Shown: piece after piece, positions 1 to 12,470 of the stretch
Layout of the letters: the number at the start of each line of letters is the position of its first letter
Numbering within the stretch: the stretch's first letter is position 1
Assembly (NCBI GenBank): GCA_973895155.1
Contig: OZ316893.1
Span: 15,902,645-15,966,644, forward strand
DNA from: Marsupella aquatica
Lineage: Eukaryota > Plantae > Marchantiophyta
Length of the DNA: 64,000 nt
Direction of reading: 5' to 3'
The notes under the pieces: generated by a model
Told to the model about the DNA's origin: nothing
Database searches by the model: none
What the model saw: the letters and a program-made list of their open reading frames with translations, nothing else
Made by a program: the position numbers and the translations under genes

Positions 1-809
1 GACATAGAGTAGAAGGAGGACTGGGACTCAAGGACTTTTGTTGCCATTCAGATGCTCTATTATCCAAGTGGTTTACTGGGGCATTAGACTCCCCCAACAT
101 TGAATGGGCAAGACTTTTTGCTAAGAATTTGAGTCTTGTGGGATGGGTAAACTTTAAGACAATTCGTAGGAATCACTACTCGTTCCAAGACAAAATGTTG
201 TTATGTTGTCCTTGTTTGTTTAATGGATTAGCATACACTGGTGGACTATGGAAAGCATGGATTCAACTCCAGGCACACTTTATTTTTTTCCGACTACTTA
301 TATGCCCAGGAGATGGACGGTAAATGATACTCTCCAATGCATTAAGGACCTACAGGCGTGGCCAAATGAGGATTACGCGGTGGTCACGGTACTGTGTGGA
401 AGGATGGGAATTTGCTGCATTCAAGACCTGTAGTCCAGGGAATCACACGATTGGCACAACATGGCTGACAAAATTTAGCAACTGAGAGGGTTCACTCGAA
501 GAGAGAAGGATTGTTGTAGAGGTTTTTTTGGGAAGATGAGAGAAATTGCAGGTCGTAGCAAGGATTTTGTGCCTGGATCTTGTTGCTGGTGTTGGGCAGA
601 CCGTTTGAAGGCCCTAAAATCCTTTAAGATCAACAATCGGAGAGCTTATATTCTTTTGGGCCCTTTGATAGGGGATCATGACAAGCTAAATTGTACCTGA
701 GGCAATAACAAACCATAAACGGAATGGAACTCCAATTGGGCCGGTCTGTGGTGTTCAGACCTTTCCTCTCATGCCAAGACGTTAATTTGGAGGATACTGG
801 CATCCGGGC
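1..809 (+). mobile_element. LINE-A (L1-like non-LTR retrotransposon), decayed ORF2 C-terminal part, left half; interrupted by MULE-1
   Basis: Translations GGLGLKDF..H, WVNFKTIRRNHYSFQDKMLL, GLAYTGGLWKAW and LIWRILASG match LINE-B (5461-5712, 9811-10545); many stop codons. Confidence 0.85.
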
Positions 810-1717
810 GAGATAGGTAACATCATCAGTATTTAGTGACTGATAACTGATATCAGTCACTGATATCAGTGAAGGGTCCATAGTGAGGGGATGTGGGCGA
901 GGTCTCTGACATTGGCAAGGATATGTCGGCGTACTCACCAACATCGTAAAATCATTCAAGCGGACCCAATATGTCCTTTCCTTACACATTAATGCGACCA
1001 AATTAGAATGTCAGCGAGACCTCCGACTTGATCTTTACTATAATTTTTTTGGAAACTTCATACATTGTCTCTCCTTGGTGGGTTAGACGCTACGCTTGGC
1101 TGTTTCGTGTTGGGAAAAGATCTCGGCGAGGGTCGCCAACTTCACAAAGTTGCGTGCTCAAAACTAAGCTGCCTGCTCAAAACCGCAAAATGTGTCAGAG
1201 ACCCTCACCGAGTGTTGCATGTCATTGGCGATCTGACGTATGTCCAGCAATCTGACGTACGCCAGCATATCTCGGAGAAGGCCACCAAGATCTGGCCAAG
1301 AATCATCTCAGAGACCCTCGTCAAGTTTTGCATGTCGGTGAGGTGGTCGACATTGGCGATCTGATGTACATCTAGCGATTTGATGTACGCCAGTATATCT
1401 AGGAGAAGGCCGCCGAGATCTGACCAAGATTCATCTCAGAGACCCAAGCTGAGTTCTGCATGTCGGCGAGGTAGCCGACATTGAAAAAACACCGTGCCAA
1501 ACATGTTTGTCGTGCAAATGTCAAGTAATTTATTAATCACAAACTCGTACAAAATTTGTCCATGTTACAAAATCTGAACCAAAACTACCAAGGGTGAGGA
1601 TAAATTCTTCTAAACTAAACCTAAACCAACAATGGCGGCCGACCTAAACCCTAAATGATCAAATGTCATCACTATGAAGCACGTACCCACTATCGGGATT
1701 GTTACTCTCCCAACTCG

Positions 1718-2390
1718 CTACATTGTCACACCACAACAATGTGTGTAGCCTGTTCTCCACCCATAGCTTGACCCTTCCAAGCTCATCCTCATCAAGAAAT
1801 TGTCATATAGATCCCTCTCATATCTCTCTGTCCTCCAAACATAATATGCCACACAAGACTTCAATGATATAGGTGACATCATTTCGAGGGCATCAATAGG
1901 AGGAATTTGACGCAAGAGGACTCGAAATGTGGACGCAGTTGAGTGTCGAGTCCAATGTCAATTTTCAGATATGTTTTCAACAATGTTCAACAACACTTTT
2001 ATGGCTGCCCATCCCTTCGAGTGAGTCATTAGGAATCTCCATTTCCTACTAACTCTTGACAATACACGCATGTTGTTGATTGCGTTGAATGTAGCATTAT
2101 CATCTCTGCCATGAGCATTTGCACATTCAAATCTATTTCGAAGTAGAGGCCAAATGTGTCCCTTCGTCAAATCATCCGGGAGGCCGGGGATGAGACTCTG
2201 CTTTCGGGCTTCCTGACTGCGCAATGAATAACGCATAGGCTCCCCCCGAACTCCTGGGAGAACTCCATATTGACAACTTATCGGAAAGAGCTATCAATTT
2301 TAGCTTAGTAATGGTCGTCCTGAACTTCTCAAGCCCTGCAGCGTACTTCTCATGATAACACCTCTGCGCATTGGATCCTTCCATGTTGAA
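1718..2390 (-). pseudogene. F-box-like cargo gene A in MULE-1 (frameshift/stop)
   Basis: SLIPGLPDDLTKGHIWP...LSRVSRKWRFL resembles the plant F-box LIPGLPDD...VSRxW signature; paralogous to 10804-11072. Confidence 0.6.
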
Positions 2391-2989
2391 CAAGAGAATA
2401 GTGTCAAGTGAAGTCCTCCATGATAAGGCAACCAAAGAGTGAATAGTGATATGGATGTTTGACCTCACACATTTTGCCCAAAGCTTATGGTTTTATTGCT
2501 AGGAGTAGATGAACTAAAAAAACATTGTCTAAATATTATGGGACTGTTCGATATATTACAGGGTCTCCTATATGTTATCCATCTCAAAGAGGGTCTCTGA
2601 GATTTTGCGGATTGTGCCCGCCAATTTGTCAACACAATATAGTAGACTTATCTCAGAGACTTTGGCCGACTTCACAAGGACAAAAGTGATGGTAAACGAC
2701 CTCTCCAAGACACATCTCAGAGACTCTCGCCAACATGAGAAGGACAATTGTGTACTGCTATGTATGTTGAAGAGGTCACTAACATAACGAGAACACCGCA
2801 CTGAGATTCCGCTCAAAAAAGTCCAAACTTTTACTATTCAAATTTTTTTGTACAAAATTGTTCTAATTGGTCTATTACACAAAATTGGTCTAATTGTTCT
2901 AATTGGTCTATTACACTAATGTAGGCTGATATTTGACATGGCATTCAATGTGGGCAAACAACTTTCACATTGGTGCTCAGTCGATGCCG

Positions 2990-3279
2990 CTAAAAATTAT
3001 CACAATTAATAGGAACACCATTATCAAGTCTTTCTTGAACCTGTTCAATGTACCAGTTATCAACACGTGTCCTTTTCCAAGACTTTACTCGCGCTTGCTC
3101 AAGACCATATACGGAGAGGTAGCAGTCCACTTCCTCTGAAGCACATAACAACCAAGAATCGATCCTTCCATTTAAGATACTATCAGACAATCAACTCCAA
3201 ACATCGATCGGTGGGAACGCTCTCACTGAATCTCGAAAGAACAAAGGGGTCATTGTAGGCCATCTTACGCGACAAAATG
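2990..3279 (-). pseudogene. Probable C-terminal half of F-box-like cargo gene B, split by LINE-B
   Basis: Joins to ...KKWRH(F) at ~10804 after removing LINE-B (candidate TSD AAATG 3275-3279/10804-10808). Confidence 0.4.
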
Positions 3280-3325
3280 CTATAGCTATAGTCATTGCAG
3301 CCCATAGTATGGAGTTTGTTATCAA

Positions 3326-5818
3326 ATGTTTCAAGGAATTGACAGGGGGGCCAGATACACTTGGCGTCGGAGTAGGAATGGAATACTGGTGCAATCACGG
3401 TTGGACCGATTCTACTGTAGCACTAACGGGGAATGGATTAACCAGATAGTAAAGCTTGAGCACGATGGGGGCTCGGCCCTCTCAGACCATGATCCAGTTG
3501 TGCTAAGTCTACGACTTATAGACAATAGGCGGGGGGAGAGCCCGCGGGTGAGAATGACACTTTTTAAAGCAAACCCGGCATTGCTAAAGATTGCAGGCAC
3601 AGTGGAAGCACTTCAGGCAGCATGGATTACAAGAAAAGGGGAATGTGTCAAACCACTACTAGCATTTGATAAGGCAAGCCGGAACATGCATAGAATGTAC
3701 ATAGAAAAGCAAGGGTCACCTAAGAGAAGAGAGGAAGAAATGATGATGCTGAGGAATCAACTTTGGGTACTGAAGACGACAATAATGGAAGATTACTCCG
3801 AAAATGAACTTAAGAAATATGTTGATACAGAAGATCTACTACATGCAACAGAGCTAGAGGAGGCGTATAGGGGAAGACGACTTGCAAGGATAAAATGGTT
3901 GAGAGAGGGTGATGAACCCTCTCATTTTTACTTTGAGACTGTGAAGGCAAAAAGAGAACGGGAAGCAATGAAGAGCCTGCTGCTAGAAGACGGGAGGGTG
4001 GTCACGGATCCAGTACAGATCATGAGGGAAGTAGAAAGCACATGTCGGGAGTTGTATGCCCCTAAGGATCCCTCTCATCAAGAGCGGATGGTCTCCTTAA
4101 ATGAACGAAGTCGACTGCTTGGACACACTCGGGCGGCCCTGTCCGCAACTGTAATCACTAGGCTGGAGAAGCTGCCGACTAACTCTGAAATTAAAGAAGT
4201 TCTATGGAGGCTCCCAAAAGACAAGGCCCCCGGACCTGATGGGCTGTCTGTGGAAGTGTACCAGGCATGCTGGGAGTTCATACAAACAAACTTGGTGGCA
4301 ATGATACAAGAATTTTGGTTGACAGGGAAGCTGGCGAGTGGGATAAAAGAAGGGATTATCAAACTCATTCCTAAGAAGGCGGATAAGAGGATGTTGAAGG
4401 ACTGGAGGCCACTAACTATGTTGAACACAATATATAAGCTGATTGCCAAGATTTTGGCACTTAGACTGATCCGCATCTTGCCCCGGCTAATCAGTCCGCA
4501 GCAAACGGGGTTTATACCTGGCCGGAATATATTGGAAAACATCTCACTGGCGTGGCTGACTTTTGACTGGGCAAAAAACAGGAACTATGAGGCACTCTTC
4601 CTCAAGCCGGACTTCGAGAAGGCGTTTGATCGAGTAGATCAGGGATATATTTGGGAAACGATGCACCTGCTCGGAATTAGTGGCAATTTCATCAAATTGG
4701 TGCAGGCACTGATGCAACACGCTACATCAAGGGTCCACCTAAATGGAATGTTGTCATTGGATATTGGGCTCCAACGGGGGGTTCGACAGGGCTGTCCATT
4801 GTCGCCTCTACTCTTTGTGATCTCAACGCAACCACTAATGGACTTCATGGACGCGGAGCTGGCTGCAGGCTTGAGGGAATACAGATATCGGAGCTACTGA
4901 CTATTTGCTACCGATTGTTCGCGGATGATATGGGACTGTTCATCCCTGCGAAGGAGAGCAGTTTCCAACAGGTAACTGAGGTGATAAAATGTTATGAGCT
5001 GGCATCTGGGGCTCGCCTCAACTTACGGAAATCTATTGTGATACCACTGGCAATGACGATTACGCCGCAATGGCTCAGGGACACCGGGTGTGTGATTAGT
5101 GGTAGGGGTGAACTGCAAAAATACCTAGCGGCACCACTGGGGATGGATCTAAAGACGGAACAATTGCACAGCTATGTCTTGGACAAAATTGGTCAAAGGC
5201 TCTCATCCTGGTCGAACAAGCTACTAACATTCACAGGCCGAACACTGCTGGTAAGACACATCTTACAGGCAATTCCAATCTATCACTCAATGTTTCTCAA
5301 GGCATCTAAAGCACTGGCTAAGAAACTGACGGCATTATGTAGAGATTTTCTGTGGGGCTATAATAGTGTAGGGGGCCGAAGAGTACCATTGGTATCCTAG
5401 GCACGCATCTCTCGCCCTAAGGGGGAGGGGGGACTTGGCATAAAGGAGTTCAGAAGTCACTTGGATGCACTACTTACTAAATGGTTTACTGGGGCACTAG
5501 ACTGCCCTGGATTGGAATGGGCGTGCCTATTCTCCGAAAATCTGAAGCTGATTGGATGGACCAACTTTAAGATTGTAAGGAGGAACAACTACACATTTCA
5601 AGATAAGATGCTACTCTGCTGGCTGCGCGCACTGCATGGCCTGGCATACACAGGGGGACTCTGGAAGGCTTGGGAACTACTTCGGTCAAATTTGATTTAC
5701 AGCACAACATAACATGTACCAGGACGTTGGGCTGTAGGTGACATGGTCAGGTGCATGCAAGGATTCCAGGCGCGAAACAACAAGGATATGACGACTGTTA
5801 CAAGGCTATGTGGGAGAC
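3326..5818 (+). pseudogene. LINE-B ORF2 endonuclease (partial) plus reverse transcriptase, frameshifted
   Basis: ORFs 3326-4900, 4915-5400 and 5461-5712 carry consecutive RT motifs. Confidence 0.9.
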
Positions 5819-6376
5819 TGTGACACGGGTAACGTGTCACTTAACCAAACCCAGGTCGTAGATTAGGTTTTATACGGTCATTAGGACCGTAGCCGTAGCG
5901 TAGAATAGCACGTATAACCGTCTATTGCCATTATGAATAGATTAGGAGTAGGTTAAGTCGACCAAATGATTACAAATTTAGGAGGAGGATTATTACGCGC
6001 GACCGAGGTACGGTGGCGGCGGCGGAGTAAAAATCCATTAGGAGAATCACACTTGGACCGAGGCGCCGACTTCAGCTCATTATCGACGACCAAAACGGCC
6101 TGGCCTTCTCATGCTCGGGCTCATCCTGGCACCTCCATAAGAGAGGAGCCGATGGCACTGCCAGCCATTTGCTCATTTCTACCTTTTGGAATTCGCGGAC
6201 GCTGCCATTCACCCACCTTTTTGCTCGAATCAAGCTGACCTTTACAAGGAGATTATCGAGGGATAAGAGCGGAATGTGGCGAGATTTAGTCAAGACGAGC
6301 AAGGCCTCCACAAGCACGAGGACCAGTCGGGTGGGAACGCGGACTCGACAAACCGGACTCGACGACCCTTACAGCC

Positions 6377-6802
6377 TTGGGATTTTGGACCTTGTTTGGC
6401 GAGGTAGGTGCTAAGTTCTCTGAGACTTACTGGTACTCTTGTCCCGAGAAAGCTGCTTACGAACGAAGATACGCGAAGCTGGTGGCCAAGGTAGCACTGG
6501 TTAATTGCGAGAAGATAGCCATCACCAGGGATTCCAGCTACAACGAGCTGCGAGACTACATCACCGAGCTATATCTCAGCGAGGAAGGGCTTAGATCGGT
6601 AGCAGAGGCGATTCTTGAGGTCCCAGCAAAGTTCTTTAGGCTGAAGGGCAGCCAGCGGCTTACTCAAGCGGAGTTTGACAAGATTCTGGGGTACCTAGAC
6701 CAGCAGATCGCAGCCAAAAAGCACCAAGAAGACATCAGCAAACAACAGGAAGCGGCGCGTAATCTTACTTTCCTCGAGGAAAGTTCCAACGCCTTCGACT
6801 AG
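6377..6802 (+). CDS. Unknown helical protein within the solo-LTR-like unit
   Basis: Open 141-codon ORF with protein-like composition, directly followed by the next ORF. Confidence 0.4.
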   Translation: MGFWTLFGEVGAKFSETYWYSCPEKAAYERRYAKLVAKVALVNCEKIAITRDSSYNELRDYITELYLSEEGLRSVAEAILEVPAKFFRLKGSQRLTQAEFDKILGYLDQQIAAKKHQEDISKQQEAARNLTFLEESSNAFD

Positions 6803-6805
6803 GAT

Positions 6806-8583
6806 ATGGCCACCCCAACACCACCAGCACCTCAGCCGATGACCACCGGCGTACCTCCGAACCGGTCCCAAGTCCGACCAGTGATCAACACAGAGTGTTC
6901 TTCGGGTTCCGAGCGAGTTAGTCTGCAACTCGAGCAGCGTTCTCGTAAGCGGCCAAGGACGACGCCGGCCCCCGAATCAACAACGCGAACCAACGCCGCG
7001 CCTACACCTGCCCCGACAAACCCCCCGGCCAACCAGACCCGACGGCCCCCGGATAACCCGAAGTCCAACTTATTACAAGTGATCCGCATCCCCGAAGTAG
7101 TCTGGATCGCGATCAAGAAACTCGAACACGCTGACTATCTCAAGGAGCATCAGTTGGAGCCGTTCGCTCACTTGCTATGGAGACCGTGCGCCGCCGGGCC
7201 AAAGGAGATTTGTGAGTTCATCTCCAATTTTGACACCGACGCATCGACCACTAAGGTTCAGGGCAGACCTTATCACTCACGGAGCATCGGTTGGCACAGA
7301 TCTTCTGCCGGCCAATCGGGCCGGTGCCGGTTGAACTCTGAATTTGGGATAAGGAGTATATACCTCAGCACTTCAAACCCGAGGGTAAGACGGACAACGG
7401 ATACAAGCAGGGGTCGTGCACCAACTTAATCTGCATGGAGTGGCTTAACTTCATACGGACTACCCTACACATGATTGAGCCACGATCCGAGATCTCCCTC
7501 TGCACGATCGTGCAGGTGGAACAGTACAAACGGCGGAACTGGACCCAATTCTTTTACCAAAGATTCTCGGGGGAGCTGAAGCGGGCTCAGGGTGGTATGG
7601 CTATTGGGGGGAAGACTTACTTGGGAAGTCATATCGCCATCATCCTCGCCTGGTACAAGGCACGGCGGGAGGCCAGAGGAAAGAATATGGCCACCTCAGC
7701 CCCGACTAATGTCACCCCCGCACCAGAGGAGGCAACCCCAAGCGCGCGGACTACCGCTCCTCGGCCAAACCCCGAGCTGGAAGCCCCGACTAATACTCCG
7801 TCACCTCCTCCTATTGAAATTCTGCCGCCCCCTTCCTTCGAGCCTCCGCTACCCGCGGTACAACCACCCCCAATCCCTCCACCACCTGAAGAAACCTTCC
7901 CCTCCCCAGCGCAGACGACGGAGGAGATCGTTGCCCCGCCCGAGGAACCACTGGTACCCGAGAGGATGGAGGACTACCAAGTAGCCCCGGGGACCATGGC
8001 CTACGACCTGGTCCACAAGTTTAGCCAGACTATGTCTGGGGAGTTGGCGACGTACATCGGACAACAAGTCTCGGCATACTTTCAACCAGCCTTCTTCATG
8101 TTAGAGCACCAACCACGGATCGTAAGCCGCTTGGAAGAAGAACTCATGGCGAAGGGGAATGAGATCGGGCGCCTCCAAATGCTGGTAGAGCACCTCGAGG
8201 AGGAGGCCACTACTCACCGCGAGGAGTTAGTCCGCACCGTCGAACAGAGGGACGGACTAACGCAGGAGTTGAGCGGAGCGCAAGCAGATCTCAAGAAGCT
8301 GGACGACACCGTGCTTCAATTGCGCTCAGAATCTTCGGCTCGGGTTACCAGCCTGACCGACCTCAACAAACAATTCCTGCAGGCAGCTCAACAGGTAGCT
8401 AGTCTCTCCGCCGAACGGGATAAATTGCTGGCGCAGGACCAGACCCATCGCGACTCCATTAACCAGCTCAACCCGGAGGTAGCGTGGCTCCAGACATAGG
8501 CCGATGAAGCTGCAAATGAGGCGGAGGAGGCGGTGTGGGACAACAAGGCCTTGCAGGATCGCGTTGCCCTGCTTGTCCTCTAG
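6806..8583 (+). pseudogene. Retroelement accessory ORF: putative plant-transposon-protein-like domain, Pro-rich linker and coiled coil (frameshift near 7270)
   Basis: EICEFISNFD..TTKVQGR resembles Athila/Tat extra-ORF domains; PPPP tracts; heptad-rich C-terminus (ORFs 6806-7429, 7435-8499). Confidence 0.5.
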
Positions 8584-9666
8584 CGGGGAAAACCTGGGCC
8601 CACCTCTGATCAAGGCGGCTCGTGGTCTCGCCCCGACAGGGGGACAAACCCTGGTCCGACCACAGCACACACGTAAGGGGTGGTTAGCGAAGGGTGGAAG
8701 CAGGTGCCGCGCGAGGTAGTTGAGTCAACGGCATCTTTTGGTTAAGGGTAACGATAGAATAGCTGTCATTAGGCGCCGATTAGCGGCAGTAGGAAGAATT
8801 AGGACCAAATCAGTTAGGAGCAGCCAGCGTAGGATGGAGTCCATCAACGGACTAGATTTTGTCAGTAGACTTAGCTGCTGCCATTCCGGTTAGCACTCTT
8901 GTCGTCAACGGTCAACCAATCAGTACGGCGCGGCCAGTTAGTCAGAGGGTAGTTAGTCAATAGGTATTGCCCCGGAAGGTAGTATCCTCCGGTTCCCTTC
9001 CGCAAACGTAGTATTTAGGCTTCCTCTTCCGCTATGGAAGGGGGAGAAGGCTTAGTTATCTCGGCAGAAGAAAAGGCGAGACACGGGGAGTCCCGGCCTG
9101 AGTAGGATCAGAGAGCACCAAGGAGTGAGAGCCAGAGTCGAGCTTGCTGGGCAAGTGCGAGGTGGGGCCTCGTAGAGACTGGGCATCGACTGCCGGTGGG
9201 CCTACTGACCCCCTTAGAAGTCGAGTCAACCGTGTAAACTGATGCTTCGCTGAGTAAATGTAGTCTTTTCCCTCTAATATTTCCGCAAGTAACTGGTGTT
9301 GTGTGTATGCTTTGTCTGGGCAAAGGCGCCATTTCAAGGGACGTACCGGGTGCGGACTAATGGTAGGGATTGCCACCCATTGCATGTCACAAGGTTCTAT
9401 CGCATCGATGGCTTGAAAAGCCCCAAGCCGGGAGTTAGTCCGAGTCACTAACTGAGGGAAAATTCCAGCAGTGGAAAATAAATATACCTATGACTAGTAC
9501 AAATTGCGTAAGTGTTATACCAGTAAGTATATCGACTTAGCCCGACTTAGGGCTAATCGGGGCCACTACACACCTCCTTGCCCGAACCCTCACCCCTACT
9601 GGTGGTCGAGGTTGCGCCATGGAACTAAACTGGATTTAAGGCCCAGGTTAGGGACGCGACAGAGAC

Positions 9667-10545
9667 TGGGTATCAGGTGTCTGTAGGACCTCTGGTCTGT
9701 GGACAAGTAGGAATGGAGAACTGTGCGATGGGGGCTATTGCGTGGATTCACACTGGAATAGAGGATACTGGGCAGGGCATTTATCGATGCACTGACATGC
9801 ACCAATTACTGTGAGTGGGGATTTGAACCTGGCCCTAGATGTTGGCACTGGCCGGGCGGACAGTCCGGATCCTTTGAAGAGTTTTAGTATCTCTAATGGA
9901 AGAGCATATGGGATGCTCCGGACCGAGTGCAGTGACACCCCTAGTCTGAATAGGACGTGGGGACTGTCCAGGACAACGGAAGAATGGAGTGGGAGCTGGG
10001 CTGGTATATGGAGCTCGGGAGTGGCAATGAGAGCCAAGACTTTCTTGTGGAGGATCATAGCTTTGGGTCTGTTCACCGGGGCGCGCGCACTCAAGATTGG
10101 CAAAGGCAATGGAGAGTGCAAGTTGTGTCCTGGGTCTAGGGAGACCATTCCTCGCCTCTTCCTGGAATGTTCACATGCCCAAAAATGTTGGGCTCTATGT
10201 GCTGACTGTTTTGGTGGCTCTTATGTGGACTACTCAGCTAGACTGATTGGGGTGATGGATTCTGCTTTAGGGCGGAACCCAGGCAAGATTGTAAAGATGT
10301 TTGTGATTTATCAGCTACTATGGATGCTATGGAATGGCAAGAATGAGCACATGTTCCAGGCACTTGGGACCAGGAAACTGGACCTTTGCTTCATGTTATC
10401 CGAAGCAGCTGATCATGTCTCGGCGATTGCACTGGCTCTACTTGCTTGTAACAAGAAGACGAGGCTATTAAGAGCCAAGGAGATGATCAATAATGAACGG
10501 ATTGTATGGTTGAATCGTAGGGACATCTGGGTTACGTCAGGCTAG
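9667..10545 (+). pseudogene. LINE-B ORF2 C-terminus (zf-RVT-like zinc knuckle region)
   Basis: KTFLWRII..GLFTGAR...CKLCPGSRETIPRLFLEC; LWMLWNGKN. Confidence 0.85.
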
Positions 10546-10803
10546 CAATGATGTAGGATTGGAGATGGGCTGCCTGTTGCTTCAGCAGGGGGGGTACTGA
10601 CACTGGATATCTTGGATTAAAAATTGAGCCTATGGGCTACAGCGGACTGTGTACATCTTTGATCCCATTGGTAGCGCTGTTGTTCTGTTTGGGTCCTCTT
10701 GTACCGAGGCATTCATTATGTACACTGCTGTGACACTGCTTGTTCCCCGTGCCATGGGGTTTTCGTGGCTCATATATATAAAAATATAAAATGGTTTAAA
10801 AGG

Positions 10804-11072
10804 AAATGTCTCCATTTCTTGTTGATATGAGCAACTGATCGCACCGTCAGGAAGAGAGTCTTCACTGGATGATGACCATCCCAGACTGGATCCAAAATTG
10901 CAACACCTTCAAGCATTGACCAAATCCAGGGCCAGATGTGCAACTCCACAACATCATCAGGCAACCCTGGAATCAAGTTACTCACTGGAGGGTGACATCG
11001 TAGGGGATAATGAGGATTCCAAATGCGAGCACAGTCTTGTTCCTTACTAGCCAGAAGCATTCGCAATTCCAA
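10804..11072 (-). pseudogene. F-box-like cargo gene B, N-terminal half
   Basis: NLIPGLPDDVVELHIWP...VAHINKKWRHF; homologous to 1958-2236. Confidence 0.6.
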
Positions 11073-11269
11073 TCTAAGCTTTTATTGTGTCCTATCAATC
11101 AAAAGCTCACGTTCGCCTGCATCGCGATCCATAGTAAGTTTGTAACAAAAAAACATGCCTAATCTGAGAGCGGTCCGATGGTCTACCCTCCTAATGTGAC
11201 CCTGTCCATAGCAAACCCTAAACACTAAACCGACAAGGACAATGGATACATAATATCGGTCACATAAAA

Positions 11270-12470
11270 TGGTCTTTATCCTAAACCCTAAACCCTAGGC
11301 CCAAAACAGGTGACCCTATTTGGCTGTTTGGTAAATGTCGGCGAGGGTCTCTGAAATACATTGTCGGCGAGGGTCTCCAAGATACAATGAGGAAGAAAAC
11401 CTGTTCATGTCGGCGGAGGTCGCCCAGATCAGACAATACCGGCATTTGATACAAGTTTGCCGACCTCAAAGTCAAAATTGGTTGGTCATTTTTCCTAAAC
11501 CCTAAACCCTAGGCCCAACACAGATGACCCTATTCAGCTGTTTGGTAAATGTCGGCGAGGGTCTCCAGAATACAATGTCGGCGAGGGTCTCCGAAATACA
11601 ATGTTGGCGAGGGTCTCCAAAATACCCTGTCAGCGAGGGTCTTAGTAATAACATGTTGGCGAGGGTCTCCGAGATACAATGAGGAAGTAAACCTGTTCAC
11701 GTTGGCGGAGGTCGCCGAGATCAGACAATACTGGCATTTGATACAAGTTTGCCAACCTCAAAGTCAAGATTGGTTGGTCATTTTTCCTAAACCCTAAACC
11801 CTAGGCCCAACACAGGTGACCCTATTCAGTTGTTTGGTAAATGTCAGCGAGGGTCTCCAAAATACAATGTCGGCGAGGGTCTCCAAAATACCCTGTCAAT
11901 GAGGGTCTCAGTAATACAATGTCGGCAAGGGTCTCCAAAATACCCTGTTAGCGAGGGTCTCAATAATACAATGTTGGCGAGGGTCTCCGAGATACAATGA
12001 GGAAGGAAACCTGTTCATGTTGGCGGAGGTCGCCGAGATCAGACAATACCGGCATTTGATACAAGGTTGCCGACCTCAGAGTCAAGATTGGTTGGTTAAC
12101 ACATTCATCCATTCATAGGAACCGTTGATACATAATATCGGTCACATAAAACCACGTCTTTTTTCCTAAACCCTAAACCCTAGTCCCAAAATAGGTAACC
12201 CTATTGGGCTATTTGGTAAATGTCGGCGAGGGTCTCCAAAATACAATGTCGGCAAGGGTCTCCGAGATACAATGAGGAAGGATACAATGAGGAAGGAAAC
12301 CCTATTTGGCTATTTGGTAAATGTCGGCGAGGGTCTCTGAGATACAATGTCGGCGATGGTCTCCAAAATACAATGTCGGCGGAGGTCGCCGAGATCAGAC
12401 AATACCCGCATTTGATACAAGGTTGCTGACCTCAGTTAGAGTCAAGATTGGTTGGTTAATACATTGATCC
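11270..12470. repeat. Complex tandem array (~210-380-bp units) with CCTAAACCCTAAACCCTAG heads and multiple TCGGCGAGGGTCTCC motifs
   Basis: Unit heads at 11280, 11494, 11786 and 12165; internal ~22-bp subrepeats. Confidence 0.9.

Larger units (their letters stand above)
5819..9661 (+). mobile_element. 3.8-kb TG...CA-bounded insertion (solo-LTR-like, probably Gypsy Athila/Tat-related) containing ORFs
   Basis: TG at 5819, CA at 9660-9661, 5-bp TSD GAGAC (5814-5818, 9662-9666); LINE ORF2 rejoins across it; no gag/pol and no internal LTR pair seen. Confidence 0.8.
3280..10803 (+). mobile_element. LINE-B: 5'-truncated L1-like retrotransposon, interrupted at 5819-9661
   Basis: Endonuclease C-terminal motifs YTW, SRLDRF, SDHDPV; RT motifs KAPGPDG, WRPLTMLN, DFEKAFD, GVRQGCPLSPLLF, FADD; zf-RVT-like CKLC..E...LFLEC at 9811-10545; AT-rich 3' tail. 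Confidence 0.9.

Noticed and set aside
5819-9661. DIRS/tyrosine-recombinase element
   Set aside because: No RT or YR motifs seen; TG...CA plus a 5-bp TSD indicates integrase-type insertion
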